Below, piece after piece: positions 1 through 8,460 of a stretch of 14,021 nt of DNA (within the stretch, counting starts at the first letter, position 1; every line of letters starts with the position of its first letter). The notes below the pieces were generated by a model, which did not search any database, had not been told where the DNA came from, and saw only the letters and a program-made list of their open reading frames with translations. Source of the stretch: Fidelibacterota bacterium (GTDB taxonomy: Bacteria > Fidelibacterota > Marinisomatia > Marinisomatales > S15-B10); assembly GCA_002729175.1 (NCBI GenBank), contig PBTS01000026.1:49263-63283 (forward strand), given 5' to 3'. A program made the translations under genes and the position numbers.

Positions 1-1481
1 TGACCTACCACAGCCCCTGTTGGTTTGTCATTAATATAAAAATTTCCTGCGGCGTGAGTGAGTGCTTGTGAGGCATCATCGATGGCTTTTCTATCTTGAG
101 ACACAACACATCCTGTCAGGGCGTAGATGGATGTTTGATCGACCAATTGCAGTATTTCCTGCCATTCATTTGGATCGTAAACATAAATAGTCAGGACGGG
201 GCCGAATATCTCTTCTTCCATTGTTTTGAAATGGGGATTGGTAGTAATGATTGTAGTCGGTTCAATAAAGTAACCAACCGAGTCGTCATATCCTCCGCCC
301 GTGAGAATCTCGGCGTCGGACGATTCTTTTGCATAGTCGATGTAGTTCACGATAGAGTCGAAAGCGGCCTTGTCGATAACTGCATTCATGAAGTTAGTGA
401 AATCTTCTACATCGCCCATCTTGATGGATTTCACCTCTGCCACATACCGTTCTTTGATCTCTGGCCAGATGGTTGATGGGATGTAAGCCCGCGAGAGGGC
501 AGAGCATTTCTGGCCTTGATATTCAAATGCTCCACGCACCATACAGGTAACTAAGGCGTCGAGATCGGCAGATTCATGAGCTACACAGAAATCTTTGCCT
601 CCCGTCTCTCCCACGATGCGAGGATAAGTAGCATAGCCGGCGATGTTTTCTCCAACTGTTTTCCACATGGACTGAAAGACAGCTGTTGAGCCGGTAAAAT
701 GGATTCCAGCCAGATCGGTATTCGGCAAAACAGTTGGTCCAACTTTAGAGCCTGGTCCCGGGATGAAATTGATAACGCCGTCTGGAATGCCTGCTTCCTG
801 GAAAAGTTTCATCAGGTAATATGCAGGGAAGACAGCGCTGGAAGCCGGCTTCCATAGTACTACGTTCCCCATAAGAGAAGGTGCTGTGGGAAGGTTGGCC
901 CCGATGCTGGTGAAATTGAATGGACTAACCGCAAAAACAAAACCCTCCAGAGGTCGATGCTCGATCGTGTTCTTGATGGGAGGAGGAGAATGCATGGGTT
1001 GAAAGGTATTGAGTTCCTGAGCATAATAGGGGTTGAAGTTGAAAAAGTCCACTACTTCGCATGCAGAATCGATTTCAGCCTGGTAAACTGTCTTGCTCAT
1101 GTTGAGCATAGTGGAGGCATTAAGAATCTGTCGCCATTTACCTGCAGCCAACTCCCCCATTTTTAGGAAGATTTTAGCCCGCTCTTCAAAAGGAGTAGTG
1201 GACCAGCTTTTCCACGCTTTGCCGGCTGCCTCAATGGCCTGTTTTACCTCCGATTCACCGGCCTGATGAAAATGGGCAAGAACATGCTTGTGGTTGTGGG
1301 GAATGATACACTTTTGGGTGTTACCGGTCTTTATCTCCTGACCGCCTATGATAATCGGGATTTCAATCTCCTTGCCTTTCAGTTCATCGAGCGTGGCTTT
1401 CAGTTCTTTCCGCTCAGGCGTGCCTGGAGCGTAGGATTGAACAGGATCATTTTCAGGTTTGGGAACGGTAAAATCAGTCAT
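1..1481 (-). CDS. pruA: L-glutamate gamma-semialdehyde (delta-1-pyrroline-5-carboxylate) dehydrogenase, monofunctional; 3' end beyond the window edge
   Basis: Manual translation of the minus strand from ATG at 1481 (AAAGGA Shine-Dalgarno-like at 1496-1491) gives MTDFTVPKPENDPVQSYAPGTPER... It contains the ALDH/P5CDH motifs RPLEGFVFAVSPFNFTSIGANL, VLWKPAS, IHFTGST, GETGGKDF, GAFEYQGQKCSA (catalytic Cys) and EEEIFGP. No stop or frameshift was found. It is missing from the ORF track, probably because its stop lies outside the window. Confidence 0.95.
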   Translation of the reverse strand, partial: MTDFTVPKPENDPVQSYAPGTPERKELKATLDELKGKEIEIPIIIGGQEIKTGNTQKCIIPHNHKHVLAHFHQAGESEVKQAIEAAGKAWKSWSTTPFEERAKIFLKMGELAAGKWRQILNASTMLNMSKTVYQAEIDSACEVVDFFNFNPYYAQELNTFQPMHSPPPIKNTIEHRPLEGFVFAVSPFNFTSIGANLPTAPSLMGNVVLWKPASSAVFPAYYLMKLFQEAGIPDGVINFIPGPGSKVGPTVLPNTDLAGIHFTGSTAVFQSMWKTVGENIAGYATYPRIVGETGGKDFCVAHESADLDALVTCMVRGAFEYQGQKCSALSRAYIPSTIWPEIKERYVAEVKSIKMGDVEDFTNFMNAVIDKAAFDSIVNYIDYAKESSDAEILTGGGYDDSVGYFIEPTTIITTNPHFKTMEEEIFGPVLTIYVYDPNEWQEILQLVDQTSIYALTGCVVSQDRKAIDDASQALTHAAGNFYINDKPTGAVVG

Positions 1482-1526
1482 GAATCGAAGTCCTTTCAGT
1501 GTATAAGCATTGAAAACGAGTAGGCA

Positions 1527-1556
1527 AATTTAGGCGAAGGATTAAGTGACAGGCAA
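1527..1556 (-). promoter_or_regulatory. Candidate sigma70-type promoter for pruA (TTGCCT-N18-TAAATT)
   Basis: The minus strand reads TTGCCT (1556-1551), an 18-nt spacer, then TAAATT (1532-1527), about 45 nt upstream of the pruA ATG. Motif match only. Confidence 0.4.
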
Positions 1557-1638
1557 GTGGGTACTGGCCCACCTAAGTGTTGAGATTATAGTAGTACACT
1601 TCCCAGAACCACAAACGTAACCATAAAGCAGTCCAAAC

Positions 1639-1992
1639 CTATTTTAAAAGTTCAAGCACTTTTTCCGGAGGCCGGCCCAAAACAGCCCGCTGGTCACTGA
1701 CTGCAATAGGTCGCTCCATCAGTTTGGGGTGCTTGGCCATGGTACTGAACAGGGAGCCATCATCTTCAAACGAGTCTTTCAGGTTGAGTGCTTTAAACTC
1801 GGCCTCGCCTTTCCGGATAAACTGATTTGGTCTAAGACCCATCATTCCCGCCAGGGATCGTAACATCGATTCATCGGCAGGATTCTTTAAATATTCGATG
1901 ATCTCCGGTTCAACTCCGTTTTCCCTGAGAAGCTGCACGGCTTCCCGGCTTTTTCGTCAACGGGGATTATGATAAAGTGTGATCTTACTCAT
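1639..1992 (-). CDS. arsC: ArsC-family (glutaredoxin-type arsenate reductase/YfgD-like) protein with selenocysteine at residue 12; 117 aa
   Basis: ATG at 1992 has GGGAG 9 nt upstream. It reads MSKITLYHNPR-TGA(1959-1957)-RKSREAVQLLRENGVEPEIIEYLKNP..., in frame with track ORF 1639..1938. The HNPxCxxSR motif has TGA at the Cys position. The conserved arginines are retained in FIRKGE, LMERPI and LGRPPE. Confidence 0.9.
1924..1948 (-). promoter_or_regulatory. Putative bacterial SECIS element within the arsC coding sequence
   Basis: The mRNA after UGA reads CGAAAAAG-CCGGGAAGC-CGUGCA-GCUUCUCAGG. GGGAAGC pairs with GCUUCUC (one G-U pair), and CC/GG extends the stem across a bulged A. The 6-nt loop has G at its second position and is separated from the UGA by 17 nt. 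Confidence 0.7.
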
Positions 1993-2082
1993 CAGTAGAA
2001 ACTCCCATATTTGGTTGTCGTTTTGCCTAGCCTAATTTAATGCACAAGCGAGACCCTACCGATTCTAATCTCTCTATTATGA

Positions 2083-2111
2083 TTGATTTAGACAGAACTT
2101 GTAGGTAATTT
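2083..2111 (+). promoter_or_regulatory. Candidate sigma70-type promoter for the mre operon (TTGATT-N17-TAATTT)
   Basis: TTGATT at 2083-2088, a 17-nt spacer and TAATTT at 2106-2111, in the divergent arsC/mreB intergenic region. Motif match only. Confidence 0.4.
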
Positions 2112-2173
2112 CGAGCCTCCGCGATTAATCCGAGGAGACAACTTTACATAACCTTCATCTTTCGAGTAAGTAG

Positions 2174-3202
2174 ATGAATATAGTCAAGAATGGTATAGGT
2201 TCGGCAGGCTGGGTATCCGGCGACATAGCTATCGACTTAGGAACGGCCAACACTCTGATTTGGATTCCTTCCAAGGGTATTATCATTAATGAACCTTCCA
2301 TTATTGCAAGAAATATTAATGACGGATCTGTTCTGGCTGTAGGTAAGGAGGCCAGCTTGATGGTTGGGAAGACACACCGGGATATAGAAACAATCAATCC
2401 CCTCAAGGATGGTGTCATTGCAGACTTTGAAGCAACAGACGGGATGCTCCTAGGATTTGTTAAGAAAATCAATTTCAGTCCCATCGCACGGTTCAAAATG
2501 GTGATTTGTGTGCCGAGCGGTGTAACGGGGGTAGAGCGAAAGGCGGTGCGGGATTCTGCTGAGCGTGCTAACGGAAGGGAAGTTTACCTTATCGAAGAAC
2601 CGGTGGCTGCTGCCATAGGAATCGGTATAGATATTTCCAAACCGGTAGGGAATATGATTGTGGATATCGGCGGCGGCACCTCCGAGATCGCCGTCATCGC
2701 CCTCAATGGGGTAGTAACCAAAGAGACGATCAAGATCGCCGGGCACGAGATGGATGAAGCTATTGTTCAATGGTTTCGCGCTGAGCACAAACTTGACGTC
2801 GGTGAACCAACGGCTGAGAAGATCAAGAAAAAAGTCGGCACCGCAATGCGAATGGATCAAGCGCCTATCCAGATAAAAGGGCGGGATTTGGTTTCAGGTA
2901 TACCCAAAACGGTTGAAGTCTCCTCTGATGAGGTTCGTCAAGCTTTGAAGGACTGTGTTACTCAGATCGTCGATGTAATAAAAAGAGCACTTGAAAAGAC
3001 ACCCCCCGAACTCGCCGTCGATGTCCTTGAAAGGGGCATTATTCTTACCGGTGGAGGTTCAATGCTAAAAGGGCTCGATCAAAATATCAGAGAGAGAACA
3101 AATCTTCCGACAAACTTATCTGAAAATCCTCTCACAGACGTGGTGAGAGGTACCGGTATGGTTTTGTCCAACATTAAGAAGTACACAGATGTGCTTATGT
3201 AG
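2174..3202 (+). CDS. mreB: Rod shape-determining protein MreB (actin-like ATPase)
   Basis: Motifs DIAIDLGTANT, PLKDGVIADF, IEEPVAAAIG, MIVDIGGGTSE, AEKIK and ILTGGGSML. First gene of an mre cluster. Confidence 0.97.
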   Translation: MNIVKNGIGSAGWVSGDIAIDLGTANTLIWIPSKGIIINEPSIIARNINDGSVLAVGKEASLMVGKTHRDIETINPLKDGVIADFEATDGMLLGFVKKINFSPIARFKMVICVPSGVTGVERKAVRDSAERANGREVYLIEEPVAAAIGIGIDISKPVGNMIVDIGGGTSEIAVIALNGVVTKETIKIAGHEMDEAIVQWFRAEHKLDVGEPTAEKIKKKVGTAMRMDQAPIQIKGRDLVSGIPKTVEVSSDEVRQALKDCVTQIVDVIKRALEKTPPELAVDVLERGIILTGGGSMLKGLDQNIRERTNLPTNLSENPLTDVVRGTGMVLSNIKKYTDVLM

Positions 3203-3208
3203 CTGTTG

Positions 3209-3994
3209 ATGCGAAAGCTCGTCGGCTTTATTGTTGATAATCGTGACTGGTTCTCCCTCACTTTCTCTATAGCGCTCTCACTCCTTCTCCTCTCGAATAA
3301 CGAATCACCTGATGTTCAGATCCTCCGTGGGAAGTTCAATTCCGTTCTGTCCGTCATTTACGCACCCGTGAACTGGGTACAGGGGATTGGTACCCTGCGG
3401 GAAGAGAATGACGCTCTTAGAGCAAAGGCTGTGCAGCTTTCTCTTCTCAATTCTGAACTGTTGCAATACAAGACCGAGAATGAGCGTCTTAAAGCAATGC
3501 TGGATTATAAGGAATCGGTTGGCACGTTTCTTCTACCAGCCCGGGTGGTCAGCACTGGTCTTTCGCCTCTCATGAGAGTGGTGAATATCAATGTCGGTTC
3601 TCAACAAGATGTGAGGCCAAACCTTGCCGTGGTAAGTGTTGACGGGGTGGTGGGGAAAACCGTTTCAGTCGGCCCGGCAACAACAGTGGTTCAACTCATG
3701 GTAGACTACAGCTTTCGGCTGAGCGTCAAGCTGGAAAAAAGTGGGACTACAGGTATTATGCGCTGGAGAGAAGGTGACATTTTCGAGGTGTGGGAGATCC
3801 CCAAAGCCACAGAGATTGAAGTGGGTGAAAGAATTATCACTTCAGGCTTTAGCGACATATTCCCGCCAAACCTTGCAGTTGGATTTGTTTCAGGTATTAT
3901 TGACCGGCCTGAAATGATGCACAAGATTGCCGTGGCGAAAGCCAACACAGACTTCACCACATTGGGTCATTTATTTGTTATAAGCGGTGAATAA
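3209..3994 (+). CDS. mreC: Rod shape-determining protein MreC
   Basis: N-terminal membrane anchor, coiled coil (LREENDALR...ENERLKAML), and motifs PARVV, GVVGK, GERIITSG and FPPNLAVG. It follows mreB. Start is ATG 3209 (track uses TTG 3206). Its TAA overlaps the next ATG (TAATG). Confidence 0.93.
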   Translation: MRKLVGFIVDNRDWFSLTFSIALSLLLLSNNESPDVQILRGKFNSVLSVIYAPVNWVQGIGTLREENDALRAKAVQLSLLNSELLQYKTENERLKAMLDYKESVGTFLLPARVVSTGLSPLMRVVNINVGSQQDVRPNLAVVSVDGVVGKTVSVGPATTVVQLMVDYSFRLSVKLEKSGTTGIMRWREGDIFEVWEIPKATEIEVGERIITSGFSDIFPPNLAVGFVSGIIDRPEMMHKIAVAKANTDFTTLGHLFVISGE

Positions 3995-4485
3995 TGGTGA
4001 ATCGCGCACTACCTTTTCTGATCGGTTTGGCTGCACTTTTTCTTCAGATGATGCTAAGCGATTTTCTCACCATAAGGGGCCTCCGGCCTGATTTTGTTCT
4101 AATATTCGTGGTTTATCTTTCCTTCAGGTGGGGTAGCCTCGCAGGGATTATTGCCGGGTTTAGTCTTGGGTTGGTGGAAGATTTTTTAAGTGCTGGTTCG
4201 CTTATGGGCCTGGCCCCTCTTACAAAGTCAATTACAGGATTCCTAGTTGGGAGACTTCAGGGAAGATACAACCGCATGAGTCCTATCACTTTTCATGCTG
4301 CTTGGGTCGGGATAATGATGGTTCATTTCTTTATTTTCATTTATGTCAATTATCAGTCTGTCTATGTAACCAACCCTGGTATCTTTTGGCAGACATACAT
4401 CTTTGCCGCAGTCTACACATTCATTTTCATAGGTATACTTCAGATGATTATACCTCTCAGCAAAGTCAAACCGCCGCCCAAGTGA
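3994..4485 (+). CDS. mreD: Rod shape-determining protein MreD
   Basis: Hydrophobic 163-aa membrane protein with RPDFVLIFVVY and GFSLGLVEDFLS motifs, between mreC and mrdA. Confidence 0.88.
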   Translation: MVNRALPFLIGLAALFLQMMLSDFLTIRGLRPDFVLIFVVYLSFRWGSLAGIIAGFSLGLVEDFLSAGSLMGLAPLTKSITGFLVGRLQGRYNRMSPITFHAAWVGIMMVHFFIFIYVNYQSVYVTNPGIFWQTYIFAAVYTFIFIGILQMIIPLSKVKPPPK

Positions 4486-4492
4486 GGACGCC

Positions 4493-6268
4493 GTGCTAAA
4501 AACAGAAATCTATATTCCTGCCCGAAGACGAGACGTCGTTTCTCTGGTGATCCTGCTTTTGTTTTCTCTGCTGTTGGGGCGGTTTTATTATCTTCAGATT
4601 TACAGATATGAAAAATACAGTCTTTTGGCCGATGCGAATAGGATTCGCATGGTCACCCAACCGGCACCGCGAGGTAATATCCTAGACAGGAAAGGTGAAA
4701 TTCTCGCCGCCAACCAGTCCATTTACGCCATATCAGTTATTAAGGATGAACTTATTGATGAAGATGTGCAAATGGATATGATGGAGAAGTACCTCGATCG
4801 GGATAAAAGGGATCTTCAGCTGAATTTGAAGAAGTATTACCAGGGGCGTTTCCTGCCGGCCCTCATTGCCAGGAATGTTTCAATCGCTAAGCTCAGCCTA
4901 ATTGAGGAGCACAAAAATGAGTTGCCTGGTGTTTTTTCTACCAAACTACCGGTGAGATTCTATCCCAATGTGAAAAATGTAAGAGCTTCTCACATCCTCG
5001 GCTATCTTCGAGAAATAAATAACAGTGAGCTCAATGCCATGAAGGAAGGTGATTATGCTTTGGGTGATTACCTTGGCTTTCAAGGTCTAGAAAAATTATA
5101 TGAGAATCGGCTAAGGGGTGTTAAAGGGGCCGAATTTAGGCAAGTTGATGCTTTGGGGAGGGAAGTGGGAATTTTAATCGATCGTGAACCGATCACCTCC
5201 AGTCCGGGAGAAAATTTACACCTCACCATAGATTCGGGCCTGCAGTCTAGAACAGAATCACTGCTTGAAGGTAAACGTGGTGCTGCTGTTATTATAAATG
5301 CGGAAACAGGTGAAATCCTTGCCATGGTCAGCAAGCCTGATTTTCCGCTGAGGGATTTTTCTGCCGGCATGGATCTGGACAAGTGGCGAAGTTATTCCAC
5401 CGATGAGAGTCGGCCGCTTCTCAACCGGGCTGTCCTTGGGCTCTACCCGCCCGGTTCATCATTCAAACTGATAACAACCATCGCCGCACTTGAGCAAGGT
5501 CTGGTGGATGACAAGTGGAGCGTCCAGTGTACTGGTAGTTACGAATTTGGAGACCGAACTTTTGGGTGCTGGCGAGAGGATGGTCACGGTCGTGTAAATC
5601 TATCAAGGGCAATCGTAGAGTCGTGTAATGTTTACTTTTATCAGTTGGTCCAAAGAATGGACATCGATACATGGGCTGCTTATGTGAAATTGTTTGGTTT
5701 TGGATCACCTACAGGGATAGATCTGCCGGATGAGAACGATGGTGTGGTAGCGGAAAGGGCTTACATGAACAAGAAGTACGGGCGGTGGGGATGGGCCGAA
5801 GGATCTCTTCTGCACCTTGCTATTGGTCAGGGCGACATTTTAGTGACACCTCTGCAAATGGTTCAGTTTATTGGAATTGTTGCTATGAAAGGAGATCAGT
5901 ATCGACCAAAACTTGTGAAGAACGGGACGAAAGACCGGATGGTAAGGATACCGATAAAATCAGCAACATGGAGAACCATTCACAAAATGACATTCGATGT
6001 TGTGAACAAGAGAGGCGGTACCGCCTTTGATAAAGAACTGGCGGCGTCTAATGTTAGTGCGCACGGGAAAACAGGTACGGCAGAGAATCCTCATGGGGAT
6101 CCTCACGCGTGGTTTGTCGGTTTTGCTGAAGGTAAAGGTGAAACAATAGCTATCAGCCTCATTATCGAAAATGGAGGTACAGGAGGCTCTACCGCTGCAC
6201 CCATTGCTTCGAAACTAATCAAATCATATTTCCGAGTAGGAGACGCCACTTTGGGCGCTGATTTGTGA
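4493..6268 (+). CDS. mrdA: Penicillin-binding protein 2 (class B PBP, peptidoglycan D,D-transpeptidase)
   Basis: GTG start with GAGGA upstream and an N-terminal TM helix. Motifs PRGNILDRKG, RFYP, HILGY and GLEKLYE, plus transpeptidase motifs SxxK (PGSSFK), SxN (ESCN) and KTG (GKTGTAE). Confidence 0.96.
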   Translation: MLKTEIYIPARRRDVVSLVILLLFSLLLGRFYYLQIYRYEKYSLLADANRIRMVTQPAPRGNILDRKGEILAANQSIYAISVIKDELIDEDVQMDMMEKYLDRDKRDLQLNLKKYYQGRFLPALIARNVSIAKLSLIEEHKNELPGVFSTKLPVRFYPNVKNVRASHILGYLREINNSELNAMKEGDYALGDYLGFQGLEKLYENRLRGVKGAEFRQVDALGREVGILIDREPITSSPGENLHLTIDSGLQSRTESLLEGKRGAAVIINAETGEILAMVSKPDFPLRDFSAGMDLDKWRSYSTDESRPLLNRAVLGLYPPGSSFKLITTIAALEQGLVDDKWSVQCTGSYEFGDRTFGCWREDGHGRVNLSRAIVESCNVYFYQLVQRMDIDTWAAYVKLFGFGSPTGIDLPDENDGVVAERAYMNKKYGRWGWAEGSLLHLAIGQGDILVTPLQMVQFIGIVAMKGDQYRPKLVKNGTKDRMVRIPIKSATWRTIHKMTFDVVNKRGGTAFDKELAASNVSAHGKTGTAENPHGDPHAWFVGFAEGKGETIAISLIIENGGTGGSTAAPIASKLIKSYFRVGDATLGADL

Positions 6269-7485
6269 ACTTCTATAAAAAACTGCAAGAAGCCCCTCTG
6301 CACTGGCTAGTTCTGGTATTCATCCTGAATGGTTTTGGCCTTATTACTCTCTACAGCATTTCTCAAGGTGGTGCTTCGTTTTCATTCTCATCTCGTTTTT
6401 TTAAATTCCTTTTCTGGTTTTTTCCGGCGTTTGGTGCGTTTTTCTTTTTCTTAGCTATACCCAAGCGGTTAATTCACGAATATTCATACATTGTTGTAGT
6501 CTTTGCTTTTGCTTCTCTGTTTCTGCCTTATCTAACCGACCCTGTTGCGGGAACGTACAGGTGGATATCCATGGGCAGTGTCAACTTCCAACCGGCTGAA
6601 GTGATGAAGTGGCTTGTGGTTATTGCGTTGGCAAGATACCTGTCAGACCATAGGCTTCAATTGAAGAAAGTTTCGTCTCTATTTGTGCCTATTGTTGCGG
6701 TAATGATACCTGCCTTGGTCATAGCCAAGCAGCCAGATTTGGGTTCGGCCGTTATAATTGTTGCACCGCTTATTCCACTGCTCTATTGGGTAGGGGCCAA
6801 GCCTCTCCACATATTTCTGCTCTTGGCACCTATTTTCAGCATAATCACCGCATTTAATTATTACACGTTCACAGCATGGATGATTTTCATTGCTGTTATT
6901 CTGTTCTTTTCTCAATCGACACTCCGGGTCATGCTGGCTAATTTTTTCGGAAACGTTTTTCTTGGTCTTCTAACGCCTGTAATATGGAACAGTCTGCGGG
7001 CCTATCAGAAGGAACGCGTTCTCGTACTACTCGATGTTACCCGAGATCCACTGGGTGCTTCGTATCAGGTGATACAATCTCAGACAGCAATCGGCTCCGG
7101 CGGCCTTTGGGGTAAAGGTTTTGGCCACGGCACTCAGACGCACTTGAAATTTCTGCCTGAGCAAGAAACAGATTTTATATTCTCAGTCATTGGGGAGGAA
7201 TTTGGATTTATCGCTGTGGCATTCATCCTGGTTCTTTTTGCCTTTCTGGTGCTTGACATGATTCAACGTGCCTATAAAACTTCAGAACGCTTCCCTAGCC
7301 TCGTATTATTCGGTATTACGGCTCTCTTTATGTCACATATATTTGTAAATGTGGGTATGACAGTGAATCTGCTTCCTGTAAAAGGCTTACCTTTACCGTT
7401 TATCAGTTATGGCGGGACATTCCTTGTTTCCTGTTATGCTATGCTGGGGTTGGCTATGAACATGAGCATCGAGTCTACCGATTGA
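6265..7485 (+). CDS. rodA: SEDS-family peptidoglycan glycosyltransferase RodA
   Basis: Multi-pass membrane protein with RWI, FQPAEVMK, QPDLGSA, YQVIQSQTAIGSGG, FLPEQETDFIFSVIGEEFG and GLPLPFISYGG. GTGA overlap with the mrdA stop. Confidence 0.95.
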   Translation: MNFYKKLQEAPLHWLVLVFILNGFGLITLYSISQGGASFSFSSRFFKFLFWFFPAFGAFFFFLAIPKRLIHEYSYIVVVFAFASLFLPYLTDPVAGTYRWISMGSVNFQPAEVMKWLVVIALARYLSDHRLQLKKVSSLFVPIVAVMIPALVIAKQPDLGSAVIIVAPLIPLLYWVGAKPLHIFLLLAPIFSIITAFNYYTFTAWMIFIAVILFFSQSTLRVMLANFFGNVFLGLLTPVIWNSLRAYQKERVLVLLDVTRDPLGASYQVIQSQTAIGSGGLWGKGFGHGTQTHLKFLPEQETDFIFSVIGEEFGFIAVAFILVLFAFLVLDMIQRAYKTSERFPSLVLFGITALFMSHIFVNVGMTVNLLPVKGLPLPFISYGGTFLVSCYAMLGLAMNMSIESTD

Positions 7486-7545
7486 ATATACCAGCCTTTC
7501 CCTCAGGAACTGCTTGAAGTTTGGGTACTAAACAGATTGGTGGAA

Positions 7546-7574
7546 TTGACAAATAGAGGTAAATTTACTAGTGT
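7546..7574 (+). promoter_or_regulatory. Candidate internal promoter for the downstream envelope cluster
   Basis: Perfect TTGACA (7546-7551), a 17-nt spacer and TAGTGT (7569-7574). An alternative -10, TAAATT, lies at 7560-7565. It sits in the 98-nt gap after rodA. Confidence 0.4.
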
Positions 7575-7583
7575 CTAAGCGCG

Positions 7584-8423
7584 ATGAGTAACCGAACTCG
7601 TCTGATGGTGACCATGAATCGCAACTTCGCCCCCCAATTCTCCCATCTTTTCCCACTTTTTATCTGTGGTATGTTTATCTCTGCTTTTGCCGCGGCTCAA
7701 ACTCAGTCATCGCAGGATAAAAATTTAATCGATAGGGTGTCCTCGCTAGAGACGCAAGTGAACCAGCTGCTGGGTATTGTCATCCCTGATGTAGAAAATG
7801 CAATGGGGAGTATGGTCCGGGCGAAAGCTCAATCTGACAGCACCACCATTTTACTCATCAACCGAGTCAATACGCTTCAGAACAAAATTAGAACTCTCGA
7901 GAGCAAAGCAGCTTACACTGATAGTATCAACTTCCAGCTCTTGCAGCAGCTGATGATGATTGAGAATAAGATTGTTACCCTGACGCGGAGTTTTAATGAA
8001 CTTTATGATTTGAAGACAGGTACCGTTGATGTCTCAGCATCCAAGATCAACAATGATGATTATAAGAGAAGCTATATTGATGCTCTAAGCGCTTACAATG
8101 ACGGTAACTATGAGTCGGCCATCCAAGGTTTTGGGCGTCTTGTTACAGGCGATCCTAGTCACAAGCTCGCCGATAACAGTCAGTACTGGCTTGGCGAATC
8201 GTATTATGCATTGAAAAACTATAAGCGGGCTATCCTTGAATTCGAAAAAGTTTTCCAATTCAAGGAGCAGGATAAGTGGGACGACACACAGTTAAAACTT
8301 GGAATCTGCTATCAGAAAATTGGCAACTTCGACAAAGCAAGGGCTGAATTTCAGAAGCTGGTGGACCACTATCCGGGTAGCGAATATTATCAGCGGGCGC
8401 AGCAATACCTTCGTCAGTTGTAA
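7584..8423 (+). CDS. Periplasmic coiled-coil plus TPR protein, CpoB/YbgF-like (true start may be ATG 7614)
   Basis: Signal peptide ending AFAAA-Q and heptad-rich helices (RVSSLETQVNQL, RVNTLQNKIRTLE). The C-terminal YbgF-type TPRs include YESAIQGF, LADNSQYWLGESYY, LKLGICY and ARAEFQKLVDHYPGS. Confidence 0.7.
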   Translation: MSNRTRLMVTMNRNFAPQFSHLFPLFICGMFISAFAAAQTQSSQDKNLIDRVSSLETQVNQLLGIVIPDVENAMGSMVRAKAQSDSTTILLINRVNTLQNKIRTLESKAAYTDSINFQLLQQLMMIENKIVTLTRSFNELYDLKTGTVDVSASKINNDDYKRSYIDALSAYNDGNYESAIQGFGRLVTGDPSHKLADNSQYWLGESYYALKNYKRAILEFEKVFQFKEQDKWDDTQLKLGICYQKIGNFDKARAEFQKLVDHYPGSEYYQRAQQYLRQL

Positions 8424-8460
8424 CCTGCCATTTTATTTAGATTTTTTGGAGACCCACTAA

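Noticed and set aside
96..1523. Plus-strand ORFs 96..476, 957..1166 and 1266..1523
   Set aside because: Antisense shadows of the motif-rich minus-strand pruA frame, with no recognisable protein features.
1936..1938. Track start (GTG 1938) for the ArsC-family ORF
   Set aside because: It removes the HNPxC/UxxSR active-site loop. ATG 1992 has a better Shine-Dalgarno sequence and gives a typical family length.
1957..1959. Reading the arsC TGA as a pseudogene lesion or as an alternative genetic code (UGA=Trp/Gly)
   Set aside because: The TGA is exactly at the catalytic Cys, is followed by a SECIS-like hairpin, and the rest of the gene is intact. Neighbouring genes use TGA as stop and TGG for Trp. 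A nonsense mutation cannot be fully excluded without sel genes or raw reads.
2132..2137. GAGGAG Shine-Dalgarno-like sequence in the mreB leader, suggesting a leader peptide
   Set aside because: No ATG, GTG or TTG at a suitable spacing after it, and it is too far from ATG 2174.
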